DNA of 64,000 nt from the IMG/VR virus record IMGVR_UViG_3300025093_000013, positions 1 to 64,000 of that record. One strand, written 5' to 3'. Numbering within the stretch: position 1 is the first letter of the stretch; each line of letters opens with the position of its first letter. This document shows positions 55,381 to 64,000 of this stretch, in pieces. Made by a program: the position numbers and the translations under genes. The notes beneath the pieces are model-generated. The model was not told where the DNA came from and did not search any database. It saw only the letters and a program-made list of their open reading frames with translations. Source of the stretch: a virus.

Positions 55381-58248
55381 ATGGCAGACCAAATACCTTT
55401 AAGAATAGTTACTGTCTCAGGTCAACCCTTTATTGGAGAGTTTCAATCAGGTGACACCGTTGGAGTCGTTCATGGTGGAACTGGTGCATCAAGTATAGCT
55501 GGTCTAAAAACCGCCTTAGACTATAACCTAACTGGTTTAGACGATGTTGCTGTAGGGTTCCCTGATGCGTTATCAGCTAACCAAATTATTGTTTGGAACG
55601 GGACTGCTTGGGTAAACGAATACAACGACAAGACTGAGATGCGTGTTCGGAACGGCAACGAAGTTGCCATGAGCAAGGGTGATGTAATTGCCATTAAAGA
55701 TTCTCAGAACGCTAATCTTGTAAATGTTATCCTAGCAGATGCATCTCAAACATCTGCTATGCCTGCTCTTGGTGTTCTTGAGCAAGACCTTGCTGTAGGT
55801 GAAGAGGGTATTGCAATTACTTTTGGCAAGGCTCAGGGTCTTAATACATCGGGTCTTACAGAAGGTGCAACTGCTTATGTGAGTCCTACAACTCCAGGGG
55901 GTATCACTACTACTAAACCCACCTCTGGAGATCACTTTATTCAAAACATAGGTATCGTTATGAGAGCAAATGCTTTTAACGGTGCTATTAAGGTTACTGG
56001 TATTGGTCGTGCTAACGATATACCTAACGCGGAGATTACGACACTATCAGGTGATGCTGATTATGTTTACATTGATGATGGTGGTGTTTGGAAAAAGATT
56101 ACTCCCGCAAACCTAGGTGTAGGTAGTGGAGGTGGAGGATCCGCATCCTTATCAGGTCTAACTGACACTAATATTTCATCTCCTTCACATAATGAATCTC
56201 TTGTTTGGACATCCTCCACAGGAGAGTGGATCAATGCTAGTGTCGCAGGTGGTGGAGGAGTAACGGATCACGGGCTACTTACAGGTCTAAGCGATAACGA
56301 TCACCCACAGTATGTTCTAACTACTATCAATAATGATCTGTCAACTCTTGTAACAAACATAGAAACCTCTACAGTTGATATATCAGGTTACATAGCTGCC
56401 AATGAAACCACATGGTCAACTGACAACGATACAACAGATCACACTGCTCTGAGTAATATAGGCACAAACACTCACGCCCAGATTGATAGTCACATAGCCT
56501 CAGGTTCTGTACACTTTACAGAAGCGAGCATTGATCATGGATCTATTGCTGGTCTAGGTGACAATGACCATCCTCAGTATGTTCTTTCTGCTACTAATAA
56601 TGCTCTATCAAGCCTTGTAACGAGTGTAGAAACATCTACAGTAAGCCTTTCTAGCTATATTGCGGCTAATGAGACTACATGGTCAACTGACAATGACACG
56701 ACTGATCACACTGCCTTAAGTAATATCGGTACTAACACCCATGCTCAAATCGATAGCCATATTGCTTCAGGATCCGTACACTTCACAGAAGCGAGTATTG
56801 ACCATGGATCTATTGCTGGACTAGCAGACAATGATCACCCTCAGTATGTTCTTTCGGCAACTAACAACGATCTGTCTACGCTTGTCACTAGCGTTGAAAC
56901 ATCTACTGTAAGCCTTTCAAGCTATATCGCTGCTAACGAAACAACTTGGTCCACGGATAATGACACAACAGATCATACTGCCTTAAGTAATATAGGAACT
57001 AATACCCACGCTCAGATTGATAGCCATATTGCGTCTGGGTCTGTACACTTTACAGAAGCAAGCATTGACCACGGATCTATCGCTGGTCTTGGTGATAACG
57101 ATCACCCTCAATATGTTCTCTCTGCTACCAATAATGCTCTATCAAGCCTTGTAACGAGTGTAGAAACATCAACAGTTAATCTATCTGGGTATATTGCAGC
57201 TAACGAGACAACTTGGGCTACTGATACTGACACCACTGATCACACTGCTCTAAGTAATATCGGTACTAATACACACGCTCAGATTGATACTCATATTAGT
57301 AACCACACCACCTCAGCAAATACTTGGAATGGTACTTACCAGACGGTATTTGATAACTCGGGTAGTTGGGGTGGTGGAGGAGGAGTCACCGATCACGGCG
57401 CTTTAACGGGTCTAGCCGACAACGATCACCCGCAGTATGTGCTATCTTCTACTAACGCTGCGCTAAGTTCTCTTGTAACAGATACCACAGACGCAAGCAC
57501 ATTGTTCAGCGGAAACATTACTGTAACAGGAACTACTGCAACTCATATAGGAACTCTAGGAACTACTGACGCTGCTACATTCGGATTACAATCAAGCGGT
57601 AACACTTCCATAATTGCACCATCTCTAATATTGAGTGCGACTACAGCCTATCAATTCCGTAAGAATGGTAGCACTACATTCACTGATACAGACTTCCCTC
57701 AGTCTTGTAGGGATTGGGACTCTACCTACAACACTGTTCTTAACAGTTCAGGTTCTTGGGGTGGTGGAGGCGGTGGAGGCGTAGCCGCTGGTATTACTGT
57801 TGTTAACACGGGAACAGATAATATTAACTCTACTGGTGGTGCCCTTGTTCCATTAGATGTAACCGCTGGATATCCTGCATATGGAAGTTATGCTACAGAC
57901 TTTAGTTACACTCCTGGTAATGCCTATGTAACTATCAACACAGCAGGAACTTACGAGGTAACATTTAATGTTGGTTACATTTCAACAACCACTCGATGGA
58001 ACGGTGTATTAAAAATATACAAAGGTACTGGTGGAGCATCCCCAAGTGCGTGGATTGGTTATGGAGCAGGCAAGATGGGTTATGTAAGAAACTCAAGTGG
58101 TCATAACGAGTCCTCTCTAATTGTAACCTGTCTTGTAACCTGTTCCGCTAATGATACTGTAGGTGGTCATGTAATTAACGAAGCCACTAGCGGAACATGT
58201 ACTCTGGTTGCTAACGAAACATTCATGACAATTAAGAGGATGTCTTGA
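55381..58248 (+). CDS. Fibre-like virion protein with 89-aa His-rich tandem repeats
   Basis: DHPQY units at 56299, 56566, 56833 and 57100 (267-nt period); Gly linkers; C1q-like beta C-terminus. Confidence 0.7.
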   Translation: MADQIPLRIVTVSGQPFIGEFQSGDTVGVVHGGTGASSIAGLKTALDYNLTGLDDVAVGFPDALSANQIIVWNGTAWVNEYNDKTEMRVRNGNEVAMSKGDVIAIKDSQNANLVNVILADASQTSAMPALGVLEQDLAVGEEGIAITFGKAQGLNTSGLTEGATAYVSPTTPGGITTTKPTSGDHFIQNIGIVMRANAFNGAIKVTGIGRANDIPNAEITTLSGDADYVYIDDGGVWKKITPANLGVGSGGGGSASLSGLTDTNISSPSHNESLVWTSSTGEWINASVAGGGGVTDHGLLTGLSDNDHPQYVLTTINNDLSTLVTNIETSTVDISGYIAANETTWSTDNDTTDHTALSNIGTNTHAQIDSHIASGSVHFTEASIDHGSIAGLGDNDHPQYVLSATNNALSSLVTSVETSTVSLSSYIAANETTWSTDNDTTDHTALSNIGTNTHAQIDSHIASGSVHFTEASIDHGSIAGLADNDHPQYVLSATNNDLSTLVTSVETSTVSLSSYIAANETTWSTDNDTTDHTALSNIGTNTHAQIDSHIASGSVHFTEASIDHGSIAGLGDNDHPQYVLSATNNALSSLVTSVETSTVNLSGYIAANETTWATDTDTTDHTALSNIGTNTHAQIDTHISNHTTSANTWNGTYQTVFDNSGSWGGGGGVTDHGALTGLADNDHPQYVLSSTNAALSSLVTDTTDASTLFSGNITVTGTTATHIGTLGTTDAATFGLQSSGNTSIIAPSLILSATTAYQFRKNGSTTFTDTDFPQSCRDWDSTYNTVLNSSGSWGGGGGGGVAAGITVVNTGTDNINSTGGALVPLDVTAGYPAYGSYATDFSYTPGNAYVTINTAGTYEVTFNVGYISTTTRWNGVLKIYKGTGGASPSAWIGYGAGKMGYVRNSSGHNESSLIVTCLVTCSANDTVGGHVINEATSGTCTLVANETFMTIKRMS

Positions 58249-59066
58249 TGGGATATCTTGTAGACGCAAACGGTAAGTTTATTAACTCAGGTGGTAAGAT
58301 TGTATTTAGACAACCTGTTACTGAATCTCCACCACCTCCTGCTTCACAAGGTACAATTCTACAAACAAACCTACAAGCACACTTCCACGCTGGGGATTCT
58401 GCTTCTTACGGAGGAACGGGTACAACTTGGTCTGATCTGACCACAAACAACAACGATCTTACTCTGACCAACGGGCCTACTCATGTAACCAGCCCTGTCA
58501 GTGCGTTTGATTTTGATGGTACGAATGACCTCGCTAACGGTGGAGATGTTCTCGACTGGGGTACAGGAGACATTACAATAGGTATTTGGATGAATGCTGA
58601 CACGGTTACAGCAGGTTATCAATACATTCAATCCAAGTCAGCAAGAGGTAACAGTGCCAGCCGTTATGGGTGTGGTATTAACAATGCTGCTCCATTCTTC
58701 TTCGTCATGACCACGGATACTGGCGATGGTTCTATGATCTGGACAGGCTCAAGTAATGTTACTATCTCTACATGGCACTACCTAACCTTTACTACGAACA
58801 GAGCAAATAGTCAGGTCAACATGTATATTGATGGAAGTCCTATCACAGAATCAGGTAATGCTGCCGCTGCGGACTTAGATAGAACAGAGGGAGAGAATAT
58901 TAACTCTACCTTCCCATTTTGGATTGGTGGCACACCTAACTCAGATGGTGTTAGTAACTTCTTACCATTCAACGGTAAGGTAGCAGAGCTTCACTGGTAC
59001 AACGCTCGCTTATCTGACGCACAAGTGCTATCAAACTACAACGAAACTAAGATCTTCTACACTTAA
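58248..59066 (+). CDS. LamG/ConA-like domain virion protein
   Basis: SYGGTGTTWSDL, FDFDGTND, WHYLTFT, MYIDG, YNARLSDAQV..NY. Confidence 0.75.
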   Translation: MGYLVDANGKFINSGGKIVFRQPVTESPPPPASQGTILQTNLQAHFHAGDSASYGGTGTTWSDLTTNNNDLTLTNGPTHVTSPVSAFDFDGTNDLANGGDVLDWGTGDITIGIWMNADTVTAGYQYIQSKSARGNSASRYGCGINNAAPFFFVMTTDTGDGSMIWTGSSNVTISTWHYLTFTTNRANSQVNMYIDGSPITESGNAAAADLDRTEGENINSTFPFWIGGTPNSDGVSNFLPFNGKVAELHWYNARLSDAQVLSNYNETKIFYT

Positions 59067-59290
59067 TCCAGTTTAGTGCCTTCTTTAAGAAGGTTGATAA
59101 TCTTCTCAATGTATCCATCCTTTAATACACGGACGGTGTTGTAGAAGTTCTGCATCTCTCTCATCTTTAGCAGGGTGATGGAGGGATCTTTCTCAAGCAT
59201 TTCGAGAGTTCCTTTGAGAGATCTAATAGTTGCCATCTCGGCTTCTGTTAGTCTTCCGCGAGCCTTTTTGAGTTCTTCTTCGCTTTTCAT
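59063..59290 (-). CDS. Hypothetical protein
   Basis: Coupled to the helicase gene. Confidence 0.5.
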   Translation of the reverse strand: MKSEEELKKARGRLTEAEMATIRSLKGTLEMLEKDPSITLLKMREMQNFYNTVRVLKDGYIEKIINLLKEGTKLD

Positions 59291-60651
59291 ACCTTTATGA
59301 CCTCATGTCCTTCAGAGACATAGGTTGAGAATCGTTTATTTGCGTGGGCACCAATATATTTTCCTGTATCCATGAAATCATAGACATATACCACTTCCTT
59401 AGTGTCATGGCGACGAAGAGAGCGTCCGAGTGCTTGTATGGTTGCAATAGGACTCTTAAGGCCGCGAGCATTGATGAAATGTGTGATTTCGCGTATGTTA
59501 ACTCCTGTTTGCAAAATCTTCGTTCCAATAAGGATTGAGTTTTCTCCACACTCTGTAAACCGTCGAATGGTTTCATACCTACTGCCGAGATCATCTTCAC
59601 CTCTAAGGAAATAACAAGATCCTCCAATTCCCTCTTGAAGGATGTGACCGTGTTCAAGGTCTCTGACGAGTACAAGTATTCTGGCTTGTTCATGGTTTGA
59701 TCTGATATCATCCACGATATCTTTGATCATGTTATTTCTGATTTCGTTGTTGACAATAAGTTCTTCGTAAACTCCTCTGTACCCTAGCTCTGAGTCATCA
59801 ACTTCAGACTCAGGAACTTTGAGCATTTGTATGATTGGTTTGGTCAGGACATTATCCTCGATAAGATCTTGAGTTGTCCTGCATGTGTATATAGGTCCGA
59901 ACGCTGATATAAGCGTCCATCGAGGGATTGGGTCCTGCGGCACTGTGGCAGTGAAACCGTACCTGTAAGGAGCGTTAGGAAAGCTCTCAATAGCTGCTAC
60001 GGTGAACTCTCCGTTAGCAAACTCATGAACCTCATCCACCATGAGCACCTCGGCATCTGTGACATAATTGTCGATAATTCTTTCAATGCTTTGGACGGTA
60101 CACAGCATGATGTCACCATCCTCGTAGCCCTCACCAAAGCAGACACCTACATTGTTGAAACCACACTCGTTCACAAAGAAGTCGTAAGTTTGTTTTAAGA
60201 GGGACTTGGCATTGAATAGGATGACCATCTTCTTGCCCATGAGAGACTTGACGATGCCAGCCATAATTAAAGTTTTGCCTGCACCAGTAGGAGCCTTGAT
60301 GATACAGCGATGATTATTCAGCGCGTGTTGGATCGATTCATGCTGATAATCAAAATAAGTAAAAGGATCGATAGATTTAAGAGGAAGAGACTCTGGGCGT
60401 TCATTCTTATATTCTAGCTCAGGAACACAATCAATCTTCTCTAGGTCGGCCAGGATAGAAGGTAACATGCCTGTACCGAACTGACCACCTCTGGTAAAGA
60501 AACGCTTCTTACCATCCCATTGACGCCTCTTGTAGGCTGGTGTAAACTCAGCCCCAGGTATCTTGAAGCTATATAAGTTACTGAGAGCCTTTAGGATCTT
60601 AGGATTATCAGTCTTGAGTTTGGATTTCTGTGTTCCAATCACAATTTTCAT
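59287..60651 (-). CDS. SF2 helicase (T4 UvsW-like)
   Basis: WDGK, APTGAGKT, DEVH, GFTAT, QALGRSLR, VYDF. Confidence 0.9.
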   Translation of the reverse strand: MKIVIGTQKSKLKTDNPKILKALSNLYSFKIPGAEFTPAYKRRQWDGKKRFFTRGGQFGTGMLPSILADLEKIDCVPELEYKNERPESLPLKSIDPFTYFDYQHESIQHALNNHRCIIKAPTGAGKTLIMAGIVKSLMGKKMVILFNAKSLLKQTYDFFVNECGFNNVGVCFGEGYEDGDIMLCTVQSIERIIDNYVTDAEVLMVDEVHEFANGEFTVAAIESFPNAPYRYGFTATVPQDPIPRWTLISAFGPIYTCRTTQDLIEDNVLTKPIIQMLKVPESEVDDSELGYRGVYEELIVNNEIRNNMIKDIVDDIRSNHEQARILVLVRDLEHGHILQEGIGGSCYFLRGEDDLGSRYETIRRFTECGENSILIGTKILQTGVNIREITHFINARGLKSPIATIQALGRSLRRHDTKEVVYVYDFMDTGKYIGAHANKRFSTYVSEGHEVIKV

Positions 60652-60652
60652 A

Positions 60653-60675
60653 CTTTATTATAGACTATAATAAAG
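60653..60675. promoter_or_regulatory. Palindromic bidirectional promoter
   Basis: CTTTATTATAG-A-CTATAATAAAG carries TATAAT on both strands between divergent genes. Confidence 0.7.
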
Positions 60676-60687
60676 CGGAGTTTTTAT

Positions 60688-61398
60688 ATGCCAGCAGCAA
60701 AGAAGAAAACTGTAGACGAGATGGTGGATGACATCTTAGCTGATGTCCCCTACAATGCACAAAATACTGTAACTCTCCCCTCAGGTGGGGTTGCTACACT
60801 AAGACCCATTACCTTTGAAGAAGAGAAGCAGATTCTTTCCCTGTCAAAGAAAGGAGTAGATCCTTCCCAAGTGCTTCTTGAAAACTGTGTATCTGATATT
60901 GATAAATCAGATATCCTCCTAGTTGACAAGATATATCTTTTGTTCAAGCTTAGAGAATTATCTTTTGGTTCTGTTTACAAGTTTGTTGTTGGATGCCCTT
61001 CTTGCCACCAAGAAAACAGGATCTCTGTTGACCTAAACGACATGCCTGTAGTTTCTCTGGAAGACATGGGTAGGGAAGTGGAGATACAGCTTCCAATGTG
61101 TAAGAAGCCTGCTAAGGTAAAGCTCGCCTCAATGAGTGACGAGGTTTACATGTCAGACCCTGAGCTTCTGATGGATAATCTTTGGAGATTTATCATCAGC
61201 ATCAATGATGTGGAAAATGACATGGTTATCCAGAAGGCTATCAAAAAACTTCCTGCGGGGGACATTAACACCATAATGTCAACTGTAATGTGCGAGGGGT
61301 ACGGTCTAACCACTGAAATCCGTGTCCTCTGCTCTCACTGCGGCCACGACTCAGTGATGGAGTTGCCTCTAAATAAAAATTTTTTCTCAGCGAGCTAG
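60688..61398 (+). CDS. Baseplate hub / tail assembly protein (T4 gp26-like)
   Basis: VTLPS..LRPITFEEEK, D.IYLLFKLR..S.G, CPSC, CSHCG, C-terminal NFF. Confidence 0.75.
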   Translation: MPAAKKKTVDEMVDDILADVPYNAQNTVTLPSGGVATLRPITFEEEKQILSLSKKGVDPSQVLLENCVSDIDKSDILLVDKIYLLFKLRELSFGSVYKFVVGCPSCHQENRISVDLNDMPVVSLEDMGREVEIQLPMCKKPAKVKLASMSDEVYMSDPELLMDNLWRFIISINDVENDMVIQKAIKKLPAGDINTIMSTVMCEGYGLTTEIRVLCSHCGHDSVMELPLNKNFFSAS

Positions 61399-61583
61399 AG
61401 GAAAACAATCTAGAAAATCTATTTAGAGAAGCCTATATACTTGTTAGAAGGTGTAAAGTCCCCTACAGCGATGTAAAAACTATGGATCGCCAAGAAAGGG
61501 GCTTCTTCTTGGGTTTCCTCAAAGAGGAACTCATGGCTGAGGAGGAATATATAAATGAAGCTAAACGGGGTAGAGGTCGTTGA
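61380..61583 (+). CDS. T4 gp51-like baseplate assembly ORF, reachable by -1 frameshift
   Basis: The -1 frame reads FLSELEENNLENLFREAYILVRRCKVPYSDVKTMDRQERGFFLGFLKEE...GRGR*. It is bounded by TAA at 61374 and has no start codon before 61482. Slippery T TTT TTC at 61380. Confidence 0.65.
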   Translation, partial: FFLSELEENNLENLFREAYILVRRCKVPYSDVKTMDRQERGFFLGFLKEELMAEEEYINEAKRGRGR

Positions 61584-62478
61584 GAGACAGAATCAACCAG
61601 GGGTTTTGAGCAGAAACGCCCTTAGATTAAATCTATACAATAATGGAACTTACTTTGATCCTTATGCAGTAAGCTCTGTAAGTCTATTTTTCAAGAAGGA
61701 GAATGTTTCCCCAAGCTCTGTTCTTGCTTCAGGGACTCAGCTTATCTCTGATTCAGCGGCATCTTCCGTTAAGTTCAGATGGAGATCAGATAACGCTAAT
61801 GGGTATGTGGCTGAGTCTGAATTCTCTACAGACGCTTCCGATGCATCTGGAGTTTATCGAACTGATGTGGGTCGCTTTGTAGTTGTCCTAGACGGAACAC
61901 AGACCGTATCAAGTCTGGATAGAAGCGGGACCACAATAAAAAATACCGCCAGCAGTGTCGGTGATTACATTGATGTATGGACCATAAAAACAGCCGCATC
62001 CGCTGACTGGAAAGTCTTTATCAATAACTTTACTCTGTTTCAAGACAACATTATAGCGATCACTGAGCCTCTTATGATGAAGTCTAGAACCAGCCTAATG
62101 CCAAACAAGGTTAGACTGGATGAGGTTGTAGAACTAAAGGTTCCTGTTGAAATTACTGTTACCAACAGAAACATAGACGAGAGTATCAAGAACGCTCTCA
62201 GCCAAGGAGTATTAACGGAACCTCAGTTTAGGATCCTCAAGCACAACGAAGATAGTAATCTTCCCGCTAGAGTAGAGGTCTCTGGATACTCAGCTACTTC
62301 TTCTCTGGTCGAGACTACCTCGGATAACACCATGATCTTCAAGCTAGACACTAGTGTCCTTACAGACGGTAGTATTACTGACCTTGGAGCAGGGACAGGC
62401 ACCTACTCAGTTGAGGCCAAGTACACTCTCCTCAACGAAACTATCATCTCACCGATGATGTATTTCACAGTCCGCTGA
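61555..62478 (+). CDS. Hypothetical virion structural protein
   Basis: Beta-rich, Ser/Thr-rich, late context. Confidence 0.55.
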   Translation: MKLNGVEVVERQNQPGVLSRNALRLNLYNNGTYFDPYAVSSVSLFFKKENVSPSSVLASGTQLISDSAASSVKFRWRSDNANGYVAESEFSTDASDASGVYRTDVGRFVVVLDGTQTVSSLDRSGTTIKNTASSVGDYIDVWTIKTAASADWKVFINNFTLFQDNIIAITEPLMMKSRTSLMPNKVRLDEVVELKVPVEITVTNRNIDESIKNALSQGVLTEPQFRILKHNEDSNLPARVEVSGYSATSSLVETTSDNTMIFKLDTSVLTDGSITDLGAGTGTYSVEAKYTLLNETIISPMMYFTVR

Positions 62479-63397
62479 GAACCATATTAGCCCAATCGTA
62501 GGGCTTGTAGCTCTTGGCGTAATCTGTGACTAGGAACTGCTCGTCACCAGCAGCAATCAGCATATCGTTCCAGTCCTTGAAGTTGGCACCTGGGAAGATG
62601 TGATTGAAGGTAGGCATACAGCAACGCTTACGGAGCCTCTCAAAGCGTTCTAGACCTTCACGACCAGCATCGTCGTTGTCGTAGGCTACTACAATTGGAC
62701 CCCTGTACTCACGCAGATATCGTATTTGAATGAGCGAAGGGGAGCAGCCGTTGGTACATGTCGCATTAAGACCGCACTCCTTGAGTGCGATGGCATCAAA
62801 GGCACCCTCAGTGATGTATAGTGGCTCGGTGCTCTCGGTATCATAAGGGAGAAGGACATGGGAGGACTTAACACCCGCCTCACTGGGAGGGTTGAGATAC
62901 TTAGGGGTCTGGGGTCCAAGCGCACGGGCTGTAAAGTAGAAAAGTCCGTGTTCGTCCTCGAAGGGGATAATGAGTCTACCTGCGTACCGTCCTGAGGAGG
63001 CATAGTAAAAGCGAGCAGGATTAAGATTACGATTGCGAACATAGTAATCCGCAGGGCTGTCCTCTTCGATTGGATTGAACTCTTCATATTCTAGATTCTG
63101 TATCTCAGGCGTAATGATTTGGGCGCTAGACTCTTCGGGAAGCTGACCGTTCTCGATGCAGTAGCTGTAGAAGATCTCCTTGCCACGATGGTAAGGGACA
63201 CCACGAACAATGGACACAAGCTGGTAAAAGTTACCTGTCTCACCAGATTTGAAGCATTGCCATAGGCCAGTCTCAAGGTTGACGGACATGTGACGCTTGT
63301 AGTCAGAGGTATCAATGACTGAGTTACAAACCCACTCACGACCGCCGCTCTGAAGGCGTCCATCCTTGATGTTATTCTGTACCCACTCGCTAATCAT
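62465..63397 (-). CDS. DNA primase (DnaG/TOPRIM-like)
   Basis: WQCFKSG, RLIIPF, FTAR, PKYLNP, ITEGAFDA, AYDNDDAG, KDWND. Confidence 0.88.
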   Translation of the reverse strand: MISEWVQNNIKDGRLQSGGREWVCNSVIDTSDYKRHMSVNLETGLWQCFKSGETGNFYQLVSIVRGVPYHRGKEIFYSYCIENGQLPEESSAQIITPEIQNLEYEEFNPIEEDSPADYYVRNRNLNPARFYYASSGRYAGRLIIPFEDEHGLFYFTARALGPQTPKYLNPPSEAGVKSSHVLLPYDTESTEPLYITEGAFDAIALKECGLNATCTNGCSPSLIQIRYLREYRGPIVVAYDNDDAGREGLERFERLRKRCCMPTFNHIFPGANFKDWNDMLIAAGDEQFLVTDYAKSYKPYDWANMVLSGL

Positions 63398-64000
63398 TTC
63401 TTGCGTCTTGGTCTGGTCTTACACTCGTCTAGTCGGCCCTTCACGACCTCTGGGTCATTATAGAGTGGGCATATGGATTTGTAAGAACACCAGTTGCAGA
63501 AATCGTTCTTCTGGGGGTACAGGTCATCACTCTTGCATTTGCGGATGGTCCACACATCATCTACAACAGACTTAATGTGTTGCCTAATAGTCGCCTCGGT
63601 GTAGGTAGCCGCGACAAGATTGTTTGATAGAGGATAATAGTGGGCGAAGGTAATGTTTCGTATAGGGACACCCGTAAGCTTGTGTGCTGCGTAGACATAA
63701 GATTTCCCTTGGCTATCATTGAAGAGTTCGAATTTGGTCTTCTCTCGTCTGGAAGTCTTGTAATCCACGACAAGAATATCTCCTGTTGGTGCTTTGATAA
63801 TCCTGTCAATATATCCTTCATGTTTGATTCCATCAGCAATCTCCTCTGCGAAGTGATGCTCCACGATGGACTCCTTTGGCAGTGACGCATTGAACCGCAG
63901 GAAGTTCTTGAAGCATTTCTCGATGTCCTTGTTGTACTTATCTGGGAACTTATACTTGTCCTTTATATCGTTAGCCTTAGCCCAAAGCTGGTCGATAGAG
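63394..64000 (-). CDS. PD-(D/E)XK nuclease (RecB/Cas4-like), 5'-partial
   Basis: GYIDRI..VVDYKT..Q...Y; C-terminal CNWC.YKSICP. The frame stays open to the window edge. Confidence 0.85.
   Translation of the reverse strand, partial: SIDQLWAKANDIKDKYKFPDKYNKDIEKCFKNFLRFNASLPKESIVEHHFAEEIADGIKHEGYIDRIIKAPTGDILVVDYKTSRREKTKFELFNDSQGKSYVYAAHKLTGVPIRNITFAHYYPLSNNLVAATYTEATIRQHIKSVVDDVWTIRKCKSDDLYPQKNDFCNWCSYKSICPLYNDPEVVKGRLDECKTRPRRKK

Noticed and set aside
56265-57480. Diversity-generating retroelement TR/VR pair
   Set aside because: The repeats are in-frame tandem units with synonymous rather than adenine-specific differences, and no reverse transcriptase is present.

Overview
A 64 kb segment of a large, lytic, T4-like (myovirus-type) dsDNA phage. 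No host genes or integrase are visible. From left to right: (i) replication and nucleotide metabolism, with a family A DNA polymerase split over three ORFs, ThyX, gp47/gp46-like nuclease and ATPase, a probable class II RNR, gp41-like helicase, UvsY-like and gp32-like proteins; (ii) an AT-rich ~9 kb glycan and nonulosonic-acid modification cluster; (iii) RecA/UvsX, a Clp-type AAA+ ATPase, four tRNAs (including Ile-UAU), small basic probable internal-head proteins and many small ORFs; (iv) a GC-richer minus-strand early region built from repeated modules; (v) terminase, portal, a scaffold-like protein, a repeat fibre, UvsW, baseplate hub, primase and a PD-(D/E)XK nuclease. The most notable signals are regulatory. 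First, at least 16 genes have a -10 hexamer only 5-7 nt before the ATG, implying leaderless mRNAs, while a structured intergenic RNA (14995-15130) carries a perfect 13-nt complement of the 16S rRNA 3' end with no real gene behind it. Together these suggest a possible anti-SD decoy system (hypothesis). Second, seven 12-5-12 palindromes occur in the early region, six of them 24-25 or 14 bp upstream of an early-promoter -35 box. Other signals are an unannotated -1 frameshift joining gp26-like and gp51-like ORFs, a T4-style RBS-sequestering hairpin with a late-promoter-like motif in its loop, and a shared capsid-targeting-like motif in small basic proteins. All product calls come from motif recognition by eye; no database searches were run.
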